Assembly: GCA_001643675.2 (NCBI GenBank)
Contig: LSRY02000001.1
Location: 1,302,001-1,366,000 of the forward strand
From: Monocercomonoides exilis PA203
Lineage: Eukaryota > Protista > Preaxostyla
DNA length: 64,000 nt
Reading direction: 5' to 3'
Made by a program: the position numbers and the translations under genes. Within the stretch, counting starts at the first letter, position 1. Each line of letters begins with the position of its first letter. The notes below the pieces were generated by a model that was not told where the DNA came from, searched no databases, and saw only the letters and a list, made by a program, of their open reading frames with translations. This document shows positions 37,982 through 51,157 of this stretch, in pieces.

Positions 37982-40900
37982 ATGTTTCATCGTTTTTGCG
38001 TGAGTGGAAGGATTGAAGAGATTGATCTTACGCTAATTCAAGGTGATTGCTTAAGTTATTGCAACATTGAAAACGATAAAATTAATAATAAACTAGAAAG
38101 AGAGAGTCAAGCAAAATCTCTTCTTGACGAACAAGAAATCGTAAGAAAAGATCTTGAGAATAAGCTGACAAATGCTTATCTGAAAAGTGGAGATGCCGTT
38201 GCATTTTCTGATGCATCAAGAAGATTGCAGCTTCAAGATTCTTCTGAAAAGATAAATCCAATTCAGAGTGATATGGATTCATTGATAAGTTCGTTAAGAA
38301 TGCAGATCAGTAATTTAAAATCGGAAGAAGAGATTTATGAAGATACAGTTAACCCATTTCAGTTATTATATTTCATGTATGAGTCATTGGCATCGTCACG
38401 GTTTGTGCTTTAAAAATTTTGTAAAAAAAAATAATATTCATTTTTTTTTTTAAAAAAAAAGAATGCAAGGACATCGACATTTGAGCGTTGAAGAATTTGC
38501 AGTTATTCAGAATGAAGTTATGATTTGGAAATGGATGAAAGCTATTTCAGCAAATCCAATCGACATTTCAATTGATCAATTTCATTTTCCTCCTCTTAAT
38601 CATCTTCCTCATCAAGCTAGATTGCATTACATACACACATCCTGTGATATTGTTCGCAAGCTAGATCTTATATTGAATTGGATGGAGCAGATGTATGCTG
38701 AAACAGCTTCCTTTGCAGAAGCTGAAGTTGATCAAGACGAACAATTGAGTCATTCCCTTTATGTTCTTCTACGATCTGGACAAAGTAGACTAAAGATGGT
38801 TGAATGTTGTATTGCAGCTGGCCAAAATTGGAGAGGTGCCACGCTTTGCGGTGACAGAATTGTGGAGCAGTCTCCTTCGACCACAGACATTTCTCAAGAA
38901 AGTGAGATACCAGAGTCATGCTATACAGATGATTCATTTTTTACTACGAATCTCGAGGCATTTTCAAAAAAATGTTTTGATTTGGCATTCGCAATCAATA
39001 AACTTCCTGTATCTGACAACGCAGCAGAGGATACTTGCTTTCTTCAATGCGTTGAGGCATCTTGCTCATCAAATGAAGAAGATAAAGAAGAACATTGTCA
39101 AAAAGACAGCTCTTTCATCAATGGTGAGGCAAAGATCTTTGAGCCATTTGGACTTCCGCATGCAAAACTGGAGAATGAGATAGCGCTGTATTCGCTTCTT
39201 TCGAGGCACTTATCCCTTGCATCTCCAGTGCTGCGGACATTTGCTGACGGTGTTTGGGCGTTCTTGCGTGTGCTGATGTGGAGGATCGAGGATTGGATCC
39301 TTACAAAGGGAACAGGCACCAGAAAGGCTGAGGAAGAAGAAAACTCTGAGAGATCAAACAAAATGGAGGAGGAGATTGAGGGTAAAGGAAGACAAGGGAA
39401 CAAAGAGCTCTATAAAAATAAACCTTTTAACCAAGATGGCAATTCAAAAACACGGAAAGGTGAATGGACTAGCTGGGAAGAAGCAGATGCCACGCTTGAT
39501 TCTGACGTTTCTGGCTGGTGGGACGGAGATTCCACAGAAAGCGACAAAGCTGATACTGCTGAAGGCGAACAGTTGAGCTCGGCGAACGATGAATTTGTCG
39601 ATGAAGGCACAAAAATAATGGAAGGTAGGAGATGTTTGTCGGATGCATCAAGCTCGCCACTTGTTGATCTTGAAGCAACAGAGCTTGCATCTGAAGAGGA
39701 GCATACAGTTTGGGGCTTTCTTTCATCTTCTCTAGCCTCTGGAATGCTTCCATCGTTTAACGAGATAATGATAAGAGCATTTGTTTATTCTTTATCACTG
39801 CGATGTGGACTGAGTCAGAAAGAGATTGATGAATGGACTGCAAAATGGCTGGAGGATGCGCCAGAAACACAGATTGTAGAAGAGGACGCACAAATTAAAC
39901 AGAAAGAGATTAGGATATCACAATTATCGTCTCGTTCTTCTCCATCACTTTCAAATAAGAAAATACAAAGAACTATTTATTCTCCAATGTATTTGACAGC
40001 ATTTACAGACTATGCAGAATCAGTTATTTCTGTGCGCAACGAAGAAGCAATGAGTGATCCGTCTGGACGCTCTTCTGCTTCTCTCGAGCCGCACGTTGGA
40101 TCGTTCAATCGCTTGCTTATGGCGCTGATGCTGAATGACCGCTTGCTCATTGAAGATGCACTAAAGATCGAGCGATGGTCGCAAGTCGCCATACCATGCA
40201 ACTTACAGCTTCTTTTATCACAGAATTCATCAACAGACTGCCACGAAGGCATGTGCAGTTCAAAGATCACAAAAACACATCTTGCAAGCTTTGAACAAAA
40301 TGAATATTTTGACACGAATAAGAATGCCAATGAATTTAATCCATCATCTTTCCAAAAGTTTCTTCGAGGTATTGTCCCATTGCCTCAGCTGCAGAGCGAG
40401 CCATCTCCGCTTCCTTCGCTTCTCTCCACTTCTCTTTCTCTTCTCAGGTTTGCCCTTCACTTCGCTTTATCTCTGTCTGGCGAGCAATGTCCAACACCAG
40501 CGTCAGTGGATGTTGTTTCGCTCAACTACGGCTACTGCACTCTGCTTTCTTCTTCACTGCTCCATCTGTGCCTTTCCTGCTCTGCCATTGCTGAAATCCT
40601 CCATCCAAAATGCTTGAATGCAAATCCATCTGACTCATCTTCTGGTCCAGACGATACAACTCTTTCACCGTTGAAGCAGCTCATTCGTCTTATTGTCTTC
40701 TATTCTTCTCTGCTTCCGCAGCAGCTGGGCATGTTTTCAGTCAGTCGCTTCTTCTCTTCTCTTCCTCTTTCTCCTTGTTCAGCCACGCAGCAGCGGCGTT
40801 TTCTTGCGCAGAGGAAGCAGGCAATGAAGATTACAACATTGGGCGATGATGACCTTTTCCAGAACTTGTCAATGGCTGATCTTCAGTTTGCGATGCACAG

Positions 40901-42707
40901 CTGTGCCGACGAGAATATCAACACATCTGCTGTTGCCTTTTGGACAATCAGGATGATAATTAGCAGAGAAATGGGGCAGTGGGACGAAAGCTTTGATGTT
41001 GGTGAAACAACAGACAGGCTTTTTAAAAACAGTGACTTGAAAGATGCAATAGGAAATTCGCTGTGTTCAGGCATCTTCAAAGAGAAGTCTCAAATGCGTT
41101 CATCTGGATCTCCTTTACCTTTTAATCAGAAGCGTTTATTAACTCTAACATCGCTAGCAACCTGCGTTGATGCTTTGCAGTGGGCTTCTGCACTTCCGTC
41201 AACTTTGGACATTTTGCTTATAGAAGCCAATCATGTTGCGCGTCTTATGCTTGGATTAGAGTTTGTGGAAAAAGCAGTTCTTATTGAAGACGGTATTTGC
41301 GAAAGCGGAAGCATAATTTTCGGTGCCAACGATACTTCAGATGAACCAATTTCTTATTTGGATTTGGTGAAAGAGATTTACTCTCGGATGGTGCCGCCAT
41401 CAATTCTGGAGGCTGTTGAAAGAGAGCATCTTCAGATGGGAGAGAAGGTGGCACAGATTGTGGACGAGCAGGCCGAATTCTGGAACGACGGGAAGGCAAA
41501 GCAGCTAAAGGGAAAAGAGAACGAAACGGAAACTGATATGGATATTCCATCTCCTCTTTCCTCTCCAGTTCAGGAAATGGAAAGACTTTCGCTCACACCA
41601 TCTTCACCTTCCACAGAAAGAATACCAAAGCAACATCATCCTCATAGCTCGATGTATCTGCGCTCGCGTATACGACCTGACATGTATCCTGTTGTTATTG
41701 GCAATGGCTTCACAGCTATCGATGTATTTGCAGATGAGCCGGCAACATCTTCTGAACTGAAAGTCGGATTTGTGGTGGGGCACCACGCAATCACAGAAGC
41801 TCGATCGATCAGATGGCTGGTACATCTTATTGACACTCACGCGAAGTATCTCCAGGCAGAAAAGGACTATCGCAATTTGTGTTCTTTATCTGTTAAAAGG
41901 ATAGACGCTGCATTTTCGAAGGAAGGCAAAGACTTGTTTGAGAAGTATTCAGCCATCCTCCACCCGGCGGATGATATCCTGCAGCCTGCTGCACATTTCA
42001 TTGCGATGCTCACAGAAATCCAGCAAGCTGCACGTTTGTCGCCACAGTCTGTGTCTGTGAAAGATCTGACGCAGATTCTGTTAGATGACGAGGCATGCCA
42101 ACAGATCTTCGAGCAGCTGCTGAAGGCAGAAGACGATGTGAAGACAGCTTCTGCTGAACTGATGAAGGGAATAGTGCAAGTGCTTAAGATAGAAGATGGG
42201 GGACTTCTGGGAGAGTGCAGCCGGTGGATCAAAGTTATCGAATACGAACATCCTCCTAAAGACGTTGATGATCTCAGTTATTCGAAATCATCCTTTAATT
42301 CATCAAATAGCAACTTGTTTATTATTCATGACCATCAAATTGCTCGCAGAGAAACTATCACAGCTATCCGCTCTGTTGTTATTCCGCAACTTCTTTCACT
42401 TCTTCATCACATCTCTTTTAAAACGCGAAGTCTATTCACCGATCGCATATTACAAGAACAAGGCACTTCATCAACTTCAACTGAAACAGACGAAAGAAAA
42501 GTTACATCGACAAATCAAGAAATTGCGCAGAAAGAGCATGAGTGGCTTTCATTGAGCAATGTTCTGCCGCTTCTGATGGTCAGCAAGAGCGAAGATGCTG
42601 CATGGCGAATTATGACAAAAAAAGAGTGCGAGAAAGTCATCGAGATGTGCGGGAAAGAAAGCGAGCTTGCACTAAAAGAAAAGGAAGAGCAAATTGTCCA
42701 CAAGTAA
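37982..42707 (+). CDS. NUP107: Nucleoporin Nup107/Nup84-like
   Basis: Intron 38401-38461. DQDEQLSHSLYVLLRSG...CIAAGQNWRGATLCG matches the Nup107 signature, followed by EIALYSLLS...FADGVWAFLRVL. Confidence 0.75.
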
Positions 42708-43309
42708 TTGTTCTGAATTGTTTTATATTTCAAAAGTCGATATCATCGTTTTTCATGATAATTGCACTTCAATAAAATTGCATTTCATTTCGAAATAATC
42801 AATTAAGTATTTCTTTTCAGCATTATACATATTTTTTTTTAAAAGAGCAAATACGAAAGATTAAAAGGTTTACCAGAGATCATTTTGTTTGATCATTGAA
42901 AAGAAATATAAGTTAATGATGATTAGGTGAATAATGTATTTTCGAAAGAGGGCAAGATGCTACTTTAAGGGTACACGATTTTTTCGTTAAATCCATGAAT
43001 AAATAGCTAAAAAATGCAATGTTAAGATATTATAAACACGATAGGCAAATAATAACCAATTGATCAAAACTCAAAATGATTGAATGGTTTTTTATTCAAA
43101 TCTTAAATTTAACGAGACTTTTTTCAAACTTCATAAAAATACTTAAACAGAGTTATTTTCAACCCAAACAATTGCAAATAGCAATAAAATTCAAATTTAA
43201 AAACCTAAAAATATCTTTTAATTGTTATTTAATTAATTTCACAAAAAATCATTTAAAATTTCGATTAGGGGACAGTTGTTTTTGAGAACGAAAACCCTAA
43301 AAAAGAAAA

Positions 43310-46300
43310 ATGATAAATAAAACATATAGTCAACACCAAAGAGTGTTTATGAAAGTTCACTCTAAAACATTTAGCCTTTTCATGAAGCATATTTTTAATT
43401 TTTTAGGTACACTTAAAGGAACCTTTTGCCCCAAAGAGTTGTCATAATGATTTTTCTTTGGGAAAAAACAGTTTTGAAAAAATTTTGTCAGAAGACTGAA
43501 ATATCAAAATTCGAAAGAAATGATATTAAAGCAACTCGATTGATGTTTTTCATGAGGGAAAAAATTTGTGTCAACAATCCTTTTGATGAAAAGCCAAGAG
43601 TTAATTCGATAATTTCCTTCGAAAGGATGGTGTTTCGTCTTCCTCCTCCTCTTTTTCATCATCTTGAGGCGGAGGAAATACATAAACATCAAATGTGTTA
43701 TCTCCATTTTCGAATGATGTTGGATTGCTTGGGGATAAGCTCCTCTCTTCACTAACAGCATCTCCTTAGCTTGTGCACAGAACAGGAAAAGATATAGACG
43801 AAAGCGATCGTTCGAGTCTTAAGGAAAAGGCGATGCTTTTCAGCCATTCTCGCAAAAACAGCAGAGATACAGGCAGAGGAAGTTGCAATGGTCCAATCGA
43901 TGCTGGAGTCAACCGATTTGCACAGAGCAGTCTGCAACGCGTTGGACAATTAGCACCTGGAATAGACGGGACAACCATGTTGCGTGCAGCAGCATCAGTA
44001 GCAGGTGGAGCAAAACGAGGCGCTGGTGGAAGGAGCAGAGTGATAGCGATTGTGAGACGATAAGACTGCGAATTTTCGGTGGAAGAGCGTGACGGAGAAG
44101 GAGGGGAGAAGATCAAACTGCACACAACATTCTTTCCCGGCCAGTTTGTCGATCTCGACGAGTTCACAGCAATCACTGCAGCTGCTGCAGAAGCAGCAGA
44201 AACAGAGCAATTTGACAATGCTTCCAAAGAAATGGAACCTCGCCAGCCGCTTGCAGGAACACCTTCGTCATCTTCGGTGTCTTTTGAAACAAGTGCGAAT
44301 GTCAAAAGTAGCAGTCAGACTCCACGCCCGCTCACATCAACACTTTCTTCTGCTTCGCTTGGCGCCATTTCAGTCAACGAAGAAGAGATCATTCGGGACA
44401 ACAACAACTCAGGCACAGCGAAATCAGCAGAGCAAACAGACAAAGCAAATGAAAATGCAAAAGGAAACGAGGCTGAACAAAAATCCAGTTCAGAAGCAGA
44501 GGCAGTTGCGAAACCGAGTGCAGATTCCACTTCTCTTCTCCGGCCTTCCACATCTTCCTCTAATTCATCCAATTCGTCTGTCCGCCCACTCACCCCAACA
44601 CTTCACCCTCTGAAACACTCTCTTTCTTTCTCCTTCACATCCAACTCACAGGCACAGAACTCAGGTGACCCGCTGAGCATGATCCGCACAATCAACCTGG
44701 CGACGCTGCCGATTGCAGTGCAGCAGATTCTGGTGGAAGAGAAAGACGAAGATGTGCAGTGCAACCTCGACGCTGGGTTGTTCAGAAGGAGAAGAGGCAA
44801 CCGGAATGGAGAGAAAGCAGTTGGAGGCAGCGAGGAAGGAAAAGAGAAGGAGAAGGAGAAAGAAGTGTCAACGATGGATCTGAGCACACCAGACACGCTC
44901 ATCCAGCTGTCGGAGGAGCAACAGCAGGCGAAGCAGAAAGTGGAGCTGGTGAAAGGGATGTTCCAGCCAGGGAAGGATGCAGCAGCATCAGATGTCAAAC
45001 AGGGCACGACAGCTCTTTCTGCTGCAAGCAGCGACGTGAAAGAGCAGCTGCTGAACGACAACATGTCTTTGCTCGACACACCCATCGCATCTTTGACTGA
45101 GAAAGTTGCGCCTCCTCAGTAGCGCGCTGCCTCTAGCTCGTTTTCAGTCACCACGCGCATCGACTTGACGGCTGCAGCACTTGTGGCGTCTGTCCCTCCA
45201 GGCACCCTCATCTCTGTCTTCACTGTCTACACACAGTTTCTCGAGAAGCTGTTTAACATCGCCCAGCTGCTGGCTGCATCGGCTGCGCCGGCTGTGACGT
45301 GTGTGGTCATCTTTGGCGACTCAAAGAGACCGTTTTCGATTCCGACTGTGACAATCCAGGGGATGAATGATGTGGTCAGAGCAGTTGGCGAAGGGAACTT
45401 TATCGAGTTTGCACAGAAGGATGATGATGCAGAAAATGAGGAGAAGGAGAGGGAGAGAGAGAAGAGGAGGAGAGAGAGAAGGGAAAGAAGACACAGGCAC
45501 AAACATAAGCACAGACACGGCTCACACAGAAGTTCGAGGAATGGAGATGGAGACAATCAGACAGAAGACAAAGAGAAGCTCAAAATGAAGCCAACGTCGA
45601 CTCTCAAGCTGTTACGCACAGTTATAGTTTTGTATCAGCCGAACGAAGAGACAGACTCATCTGCAACTTCTTCAGAAAAGTCTGAAATGTCATCAGTACA
45701 TCCAGACATTCTGACTAAAGGAGATGGGAGCGGCGACGATTATTCATCAGAGAGCGACAGAAGCAACTGAGGCACACCCACAGGCGGCACAGAAGAAGGC
45801 AGCAAAGTCAACAACAGCAACAGTGGCAGTGAGGACGATGACGATGGGATGGCACTGTTTGACGCAATGGACCATTATCCTTTAGAAGGGGCTGCAAAAA
45901 CAGTTGAGTAGACTCCTGCGTCTTCTTCTGCTTCATCTGCCAAGAGGAAACATGGAAAGCACGGAAAACATGGAAAACACCACAAAAAGAGTCACAAGCA
46001 CAGAAAAAGAGGGGAAAATGAGAAAGTCAAAAAGATAGAGAAGGAACGATTTGAAGAGGAAAGTGAAGTGTTTCTACCTGTCTCCTTCCACCCGCTGATT
46101 GTGGTGTCGAAGGACTTCTTCCCAAAAGTGACGGAGCTGCAGTTTCTGAGGAAGGAGATTTATTGCGTCTACGCAGACAAGATGGAAGCTGACAGAGCAG
46201 ATGACCTGAATGCAAGGCTTGCTGTCACAACATTATTATTCATGAATCTTTATTTGAATTAAAATACATATTCATTTTTTTTTTTAATTTACTATTTTTC

Positions 46301-46701
46301 ATTTTTTTATTGTTCATTGTTCATTGCTTAGAAAGAGAACTGACTTCAGCCAGTTTGTCTTTGACTACTATCTCTTCCAGCATGGCCTGCGTAATGTTGC
46401 TGAGATGCGAGTGATTGACTTGATCGGCTCTGTCCGCAAATACGGGCAATCTTCATCACGTGTCAGGGTCTTTGGGAGACTTTGTGGGATGCTCGCACCA
46501 TTCCATCTGCAGGACGAAGAGGGTTTTTTGTCAAGAGATGTGAATGTTAAGAAAGAGAGGAGTAGAAGGAGTGAGAGGGGAGGAAGGGAGAGAAAAGGGA
46601 GAAAAGGGAGAAAAGGGAGAGAAGGAGCATTGCCAGCAATTGAAGAAGGAGAGAAGGCAAAAGAGGCTGGTGGTCAGATGCAGCAGAGAGGAGAAGACTC
46701 A

Positions 46702-46733
<32 letters not shown>

Positions 46734-48144
46734 TGATGATGAAAACGACGGTGGATTGTTTGGAGCGGGAGGGAAGAGAGGAAAGATGGCTGAGAGAGAA
46801 AGGATTGGATCGCTTGATGTAACGGCTGATTTGACTGGCGAGCCGAAGTGGAAGGGAAAGTTCAGTCTTTTGGACGAGTTCAACAAGATAGAGTCGACAA
46901 ACCTGTCAGAAACAGATTCAACAGATATCGGCAAATATCGAGACCATGTTGAAAGAAACAAGTGTGCTTCTATATTATACAAATGCATTTATATGTCATA
47001 CGTATTCTTCATTTTTATTGTCTTCTTTCTTCTTCTTTCTTCTTCTTCTTCTTCAATCAGATTGGCAATAGCGGCAGAGCTGAACAGTTACGAGACGAGT
47101 CCGTATTCTTTTTCTGATCCTCTTCCATCGGGTGCGATCGACTTCACTTTCTATCTCCTCGCCATTATCCTCGAAAAGGGCTCAGCTCTGGCACTGCCCA
47201 CACTCAATACAGCAGATGAGATTTGGACAATTTGTATCATACGCGCAATGGAGTGTGCCACACAGGCATTAAAAGAAATGCCCGCGGAGGCCACAACGAA
47301 GATCAAGACAAAAATCCAGGAGATTTGTTCAACTGTGTGTTGTTTAATTTCGAACTTTCTTTTTTTTCTTCCTTTTTGTTGTGATTTCATAAAAAGTATT
47401 GAGAATGTGGATGAGATTCTGGAACATGCTATTCTGATCTACATGGAAAACTACAATCTTGTTGCCTCGAAGCTCTCCAACATCCTCTCCTTCACAACCA
47501 ACCGCGACAAGGTGATGCTCCTGCGTGAGGTGAGAAGTGGAATGAGAGGGCAGCCGTTGTTTGGCGGGAGGGGCGTGGGAGGAAAGCAGATCGACTTTGC
47601 ACTCGCTGCACAGGTGACGAATGCGATGTTGACGAATGCCATTCTCTCGTACGACGAGTTCCGCTCGCTGGTGCGTGTGGTCGACCCGAAGCTGGAGGAG
47701 CGTGTGCTGGTGAGGATGTTCCGCGACTCGCTCCTCCTCCGCAACTCAACCAGCGTTGGCCCGCAGGCCTTTCTGAGTGTGTGCAGAGACTGCGGGGTGT
47801 TTGGCGTTGCGGCAGGGAAGCTGGGAATCATCGTGTCGATCATGAAGCACACAGAGGAGGAGACGAGGGAGCTGCAGAAGATGCTGATGATGCTGTGGCG
47901 GATGACTGAGCCGCTTTTCGAGCGGAGGCTGCTTGAAGTGGGAGCCAGGCGAAGAGACATTCCTATTGAGGCATACGGAGAAATGCGGAACAGAATAGCC
48001 GATGTCGGGAAGATGGTGGGGAACAGCAAGATACCGCAGAAGGCAGTGAGGGAATTTCGAACACTCGCAGTGGATCTGGCGTTCTTCGGAGGAGAAGGTG
48101 GTTTTGGAGATGGATGTGTCGGCAATCAACAAAAAAAGGAATAA
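43310..48144 (+). CDS. Large protein with a C-terminal conserved domain (TSNAXIP1-like/flagellar type); exon 2 contains 13 in-frame stop codons
   Basis: Exon 1 43310-43342, intron 43343-43406, exon 2 43407-~46216 in one frame (ORFs 43773, 44079, 45165 and 46068 share it). Later introns at ~46217-46331, ~46962-47060 and ~47335-47396. Domain IYCVYADKMEADRADD...FSQFVFDYYLFQHGLRNVAEMRVIDLIGSVRKY...RVRVFGRLCG; the family call is tentative. Confidence 0.7.
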
Positions 48145-48355
48145 AGGATTATTTGATAAAGAAGCAATTATTTTCCTAAATATAAGCATTTCGCATTTCA
48201 ATCTCTTCAATTTAATTTTTATTTCATTGTTGGATGGGTTTTTTTTTTTTTTACAAAATTCGTTTGATTGAAAAAAAGTCAAATTTTCATTGCATAATTA
48301 ATTATTTCTTTCAAATGATCAAGTTTTTTGTAACCATTATAACAAATTTGTTCAT

Positions 48356-48717
48356 ATGGATAGCAAAACGAGTTCAACTGACACAACTTCAAAAACAAGT
48401 TTTGTTAATTGTTGTTTCCATTTGTTAATCGATTGTTTTTCTTTTTTCTTTTTTTTTTTTACTCAAAAGACACTGATGAAACATCTTTTTGGGATAAGCA
48501 TGAAGAGAAGACCAAAAAGAAAGACCCGAACACCATCGAATATGTCCCACGTGCCCCATCTCCTCCATGTGTGTATTAAATAGGGGTTGATTAAAGGAAA
48601 AACTGTTACTGTATTTCCTTTTGTTTTTGGATCAATGAAAGTGATACCAATATTGAGAGTCAACAAAACTTTTATCTGTACAGATTTTTGAGCTTAATAC
48701 GTGAAAGAGTTTTATGA
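48356..48717 (+). CDS. Small 3-exon hypothetical protein (~73 aa)
   Basis: Introns 48399-48469 and ~48573-48641 give a stop-free product MDSKTSSTDTTSKTNTDETSFWDKHEEKTKKKDPNTIEYVPRAPSPPCVDTNIESQQNFYLYRFLSLIRERVL. Confidence 0.5.
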
Positions 48718-49298
48718 ATTTTCTTTGAATTGAGATTATGTTTTAACTTAAATTTTTATAAATTATTATGAGTTGGATTTATCCTTTCATGTGAGAAAAA
48801 TCCAAGAAAAATATTTTCTTCATTTTTTGAATTTTTTGATGAGTAACGATCAAATATTCTATTGGTCTTCATAAAAAAATTATCCGGGTATTAGCACACT
48901 CAAAAATTTCTAACAAAACACAATTGAGTGCTCATATTTTTGTTGTTCGCACGAGCAAAGATGGAATCTTTTTGAGAAATGAAAGGCCAATAATAATTGT
49001 TAAGTTGAATTGAGTTCAAACAGTGCATCCAAAATCAATTTGCTTTTTCTTTTCTTTCTTTATTTCTTTCCTTTCTTGATTGGATTCAACAATTCGAATG
49101 TATTCGTATAATTTTGAAGTTAAAATGACAATTATGTAAAAGTTTCCAAAAAATAGAATGAATGTTGCTTTGAGAAAATCTTGGAATAAATAAAAGTGAA
49201 ATGAAGAAATGTGAAAAGCAGATGAAACATCAAAAAGCAAATCGAAATCAAATGTGAAGATGTGGAAAATCAATTGTGCTTGTGTGTGCAAAATAAGA

Positions 49299-50941
49299 TC
49301 AAGCACGTACTCGAGATCCAGGTTGAGTTGGTGATGGCGTAGATGATTGCCTTAATCCAGATAAGTTGAGCTTTCCAGAAGCAGAGGAAGACGAAGAGGA
49401 AGAGGCAGAAGCAGACGCAGAACCCGGAGAAGAGGCAGAAGAAGGAGTGGTTGATGAAGAAAGGGTCGAAGAAAGACCAGCGCTGCTGTTCTGTGCAGAC
49501 GGAAAGACGTCATTCACCTGGAGCAGTCTGAAGTGAGGGTTCTGCCGAAACTCGTGGAAGAGAGTGAACAGCACGTGAAGAGACTTGCTGAGGTCGTCTT
49601 CGTGAACAGGAATGTCTAACAGAGAGCACACAATCGGAATGTACTCACGGAGCGGAATGTCAAGATCACTTATACGTGGAAGAGGGAGCTGGCATTGCAG
49701 AAATGATATGAAACAGTTGTCAAAATAAATAAATAAATAAATAAATAAATAGAATGAACTCAAGTTTGTTTCTTGCGCAAAGAAAAGAAAAGAAAAACCT
49801 GTCTAAGAGACGATTCGAAAGACGATGGCCAAATTTGCATCAACGTCTCAATCGAAGGCATTGGACCTTTGTAGCTGACAGAAGGAGAAGGCTTGCTTCG
49901 ATGAAACTCTTCAATTGATTGAATCCACGATTGCAGGCCCTGCAATAGGAAAACAATGATGAAAATATATGAAAATAGCAGATCAAAAGAGGAGAATAAC
50001 AAAATAGAAGCATTCGCATTTTGCTATTATAGCCACACAAATAACAGAAAAAAACAAACAAGAGCTCCCTTTTCATTCGGATCGACAGTTCTCACATGTG
50101 CAGGAGCTTTGCCTTTACTTAAAGTTGTGGCATTACGAAGCTGCATCTCCAAAATGGATGGATTCGATTGAACCGGTCCGGGTTCATCAAGAACAACAAG
50201 CCCAATAAGATCTTTGCCACTGTCTGGCCTTTGAACTTTTGTGAAGTTATCAGGATCTCCGATTGCAGGCTCAAATTTGGGCATAAATGGTTGGAGAGGT
50301 GTTGGAAGCGCTAGAGTTTGAACTTGAAATTGGAAGATTGTTGAAAACATTGAATGCATTTCTGGGGAAAGTTGTAGCTGTTGGAATTCATTTTCTGAAG
50401 GGAAAACACTCATTATTTCTGGTTCTTCTCCATCTTCGCTGATTTGCTCAACTTCAGAGTCTTGAGTCATCCCAAGTGCATCCAAGCGTTTGTTATCCAT
50501 AGTCATGCTAATATCTCCATCTTGCAACCCAGTAAAAGACCTAAAAAATTTTTTATTTTATTTCAGTATTTTAATTTATTTGTTTATAAATATATAAACA
50601 GCATTGTTAAAAAAATGCATACTCTTTTGTTTGATCCATATCGGCTTTAACAAATGAAAAAATTCATATAATCGAATTTTAAAAAATAATTGAGAAAGCA
50701 CACAATGTTCCCCTTTTTGAGTATCATGTAAATTGGATTCTTCTTCGCTTCCTTCATTGTCTTCATTATCTTGATCTTCTTCATTTCTTGTAGCGTTTGC
50801 TTCATCTTCTTGTTCATCATTATCTTCAACAGGTTCCTCTTCGTCATAATGAAGTTGTTGATCATATTGAGGAGGTGGCCCAGCACCTATAGTAAAATCA
50901 TTGTCGAAGTCATCGTCTCTTTCATCATCAAACCCCTGCAT
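49299..50941 (-). CDS. IFT46: Intraflagellar transport protein 46 (IFT-B), multi-exon
   Basis: Acidic N-terminus, then LQPFMPKFEPAIGDPDNFTKVQRPD...GLVVLDEPGPVQSNPSIL, WIQSIEEFHRSKP...MPSIETLMQIWP, CSLLDIPV...SLHVLFTLFHEFRQNPHF. Confidence 0.93.
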
Positions 50942-51157
50942 GTCTTTGTATCAAAAAAAATGACAAAAACACACAAACTTTCGGGTGAGTATATATGGGG
51001 TATTTGATCATTTCCAGAAAATCTTAATTTTTTCTTCGTTTCAAAATCAAAACATATCCAATTTGTTGAATGAAAAAAATATTTACAAAATTAAAAAAAT
51101 CTATTGAAGAATAATTATTTTTTGAAATTATCACTTAAACTTTTTCCTAGAATTTCC

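Noticed and set aside
43497-45911. Selenocysteine explanation for the in-frame TGAs
   Set aside because: TAA and TAG are equally involved, the contexts are not redox motifs, and I recognised no SECIS.
43407-46216. Stops removed by tiny introns
   Set aside because: Most stops lack flanking GT...AG AT-rich segments, and the frame is preserved on both sides of each stop.
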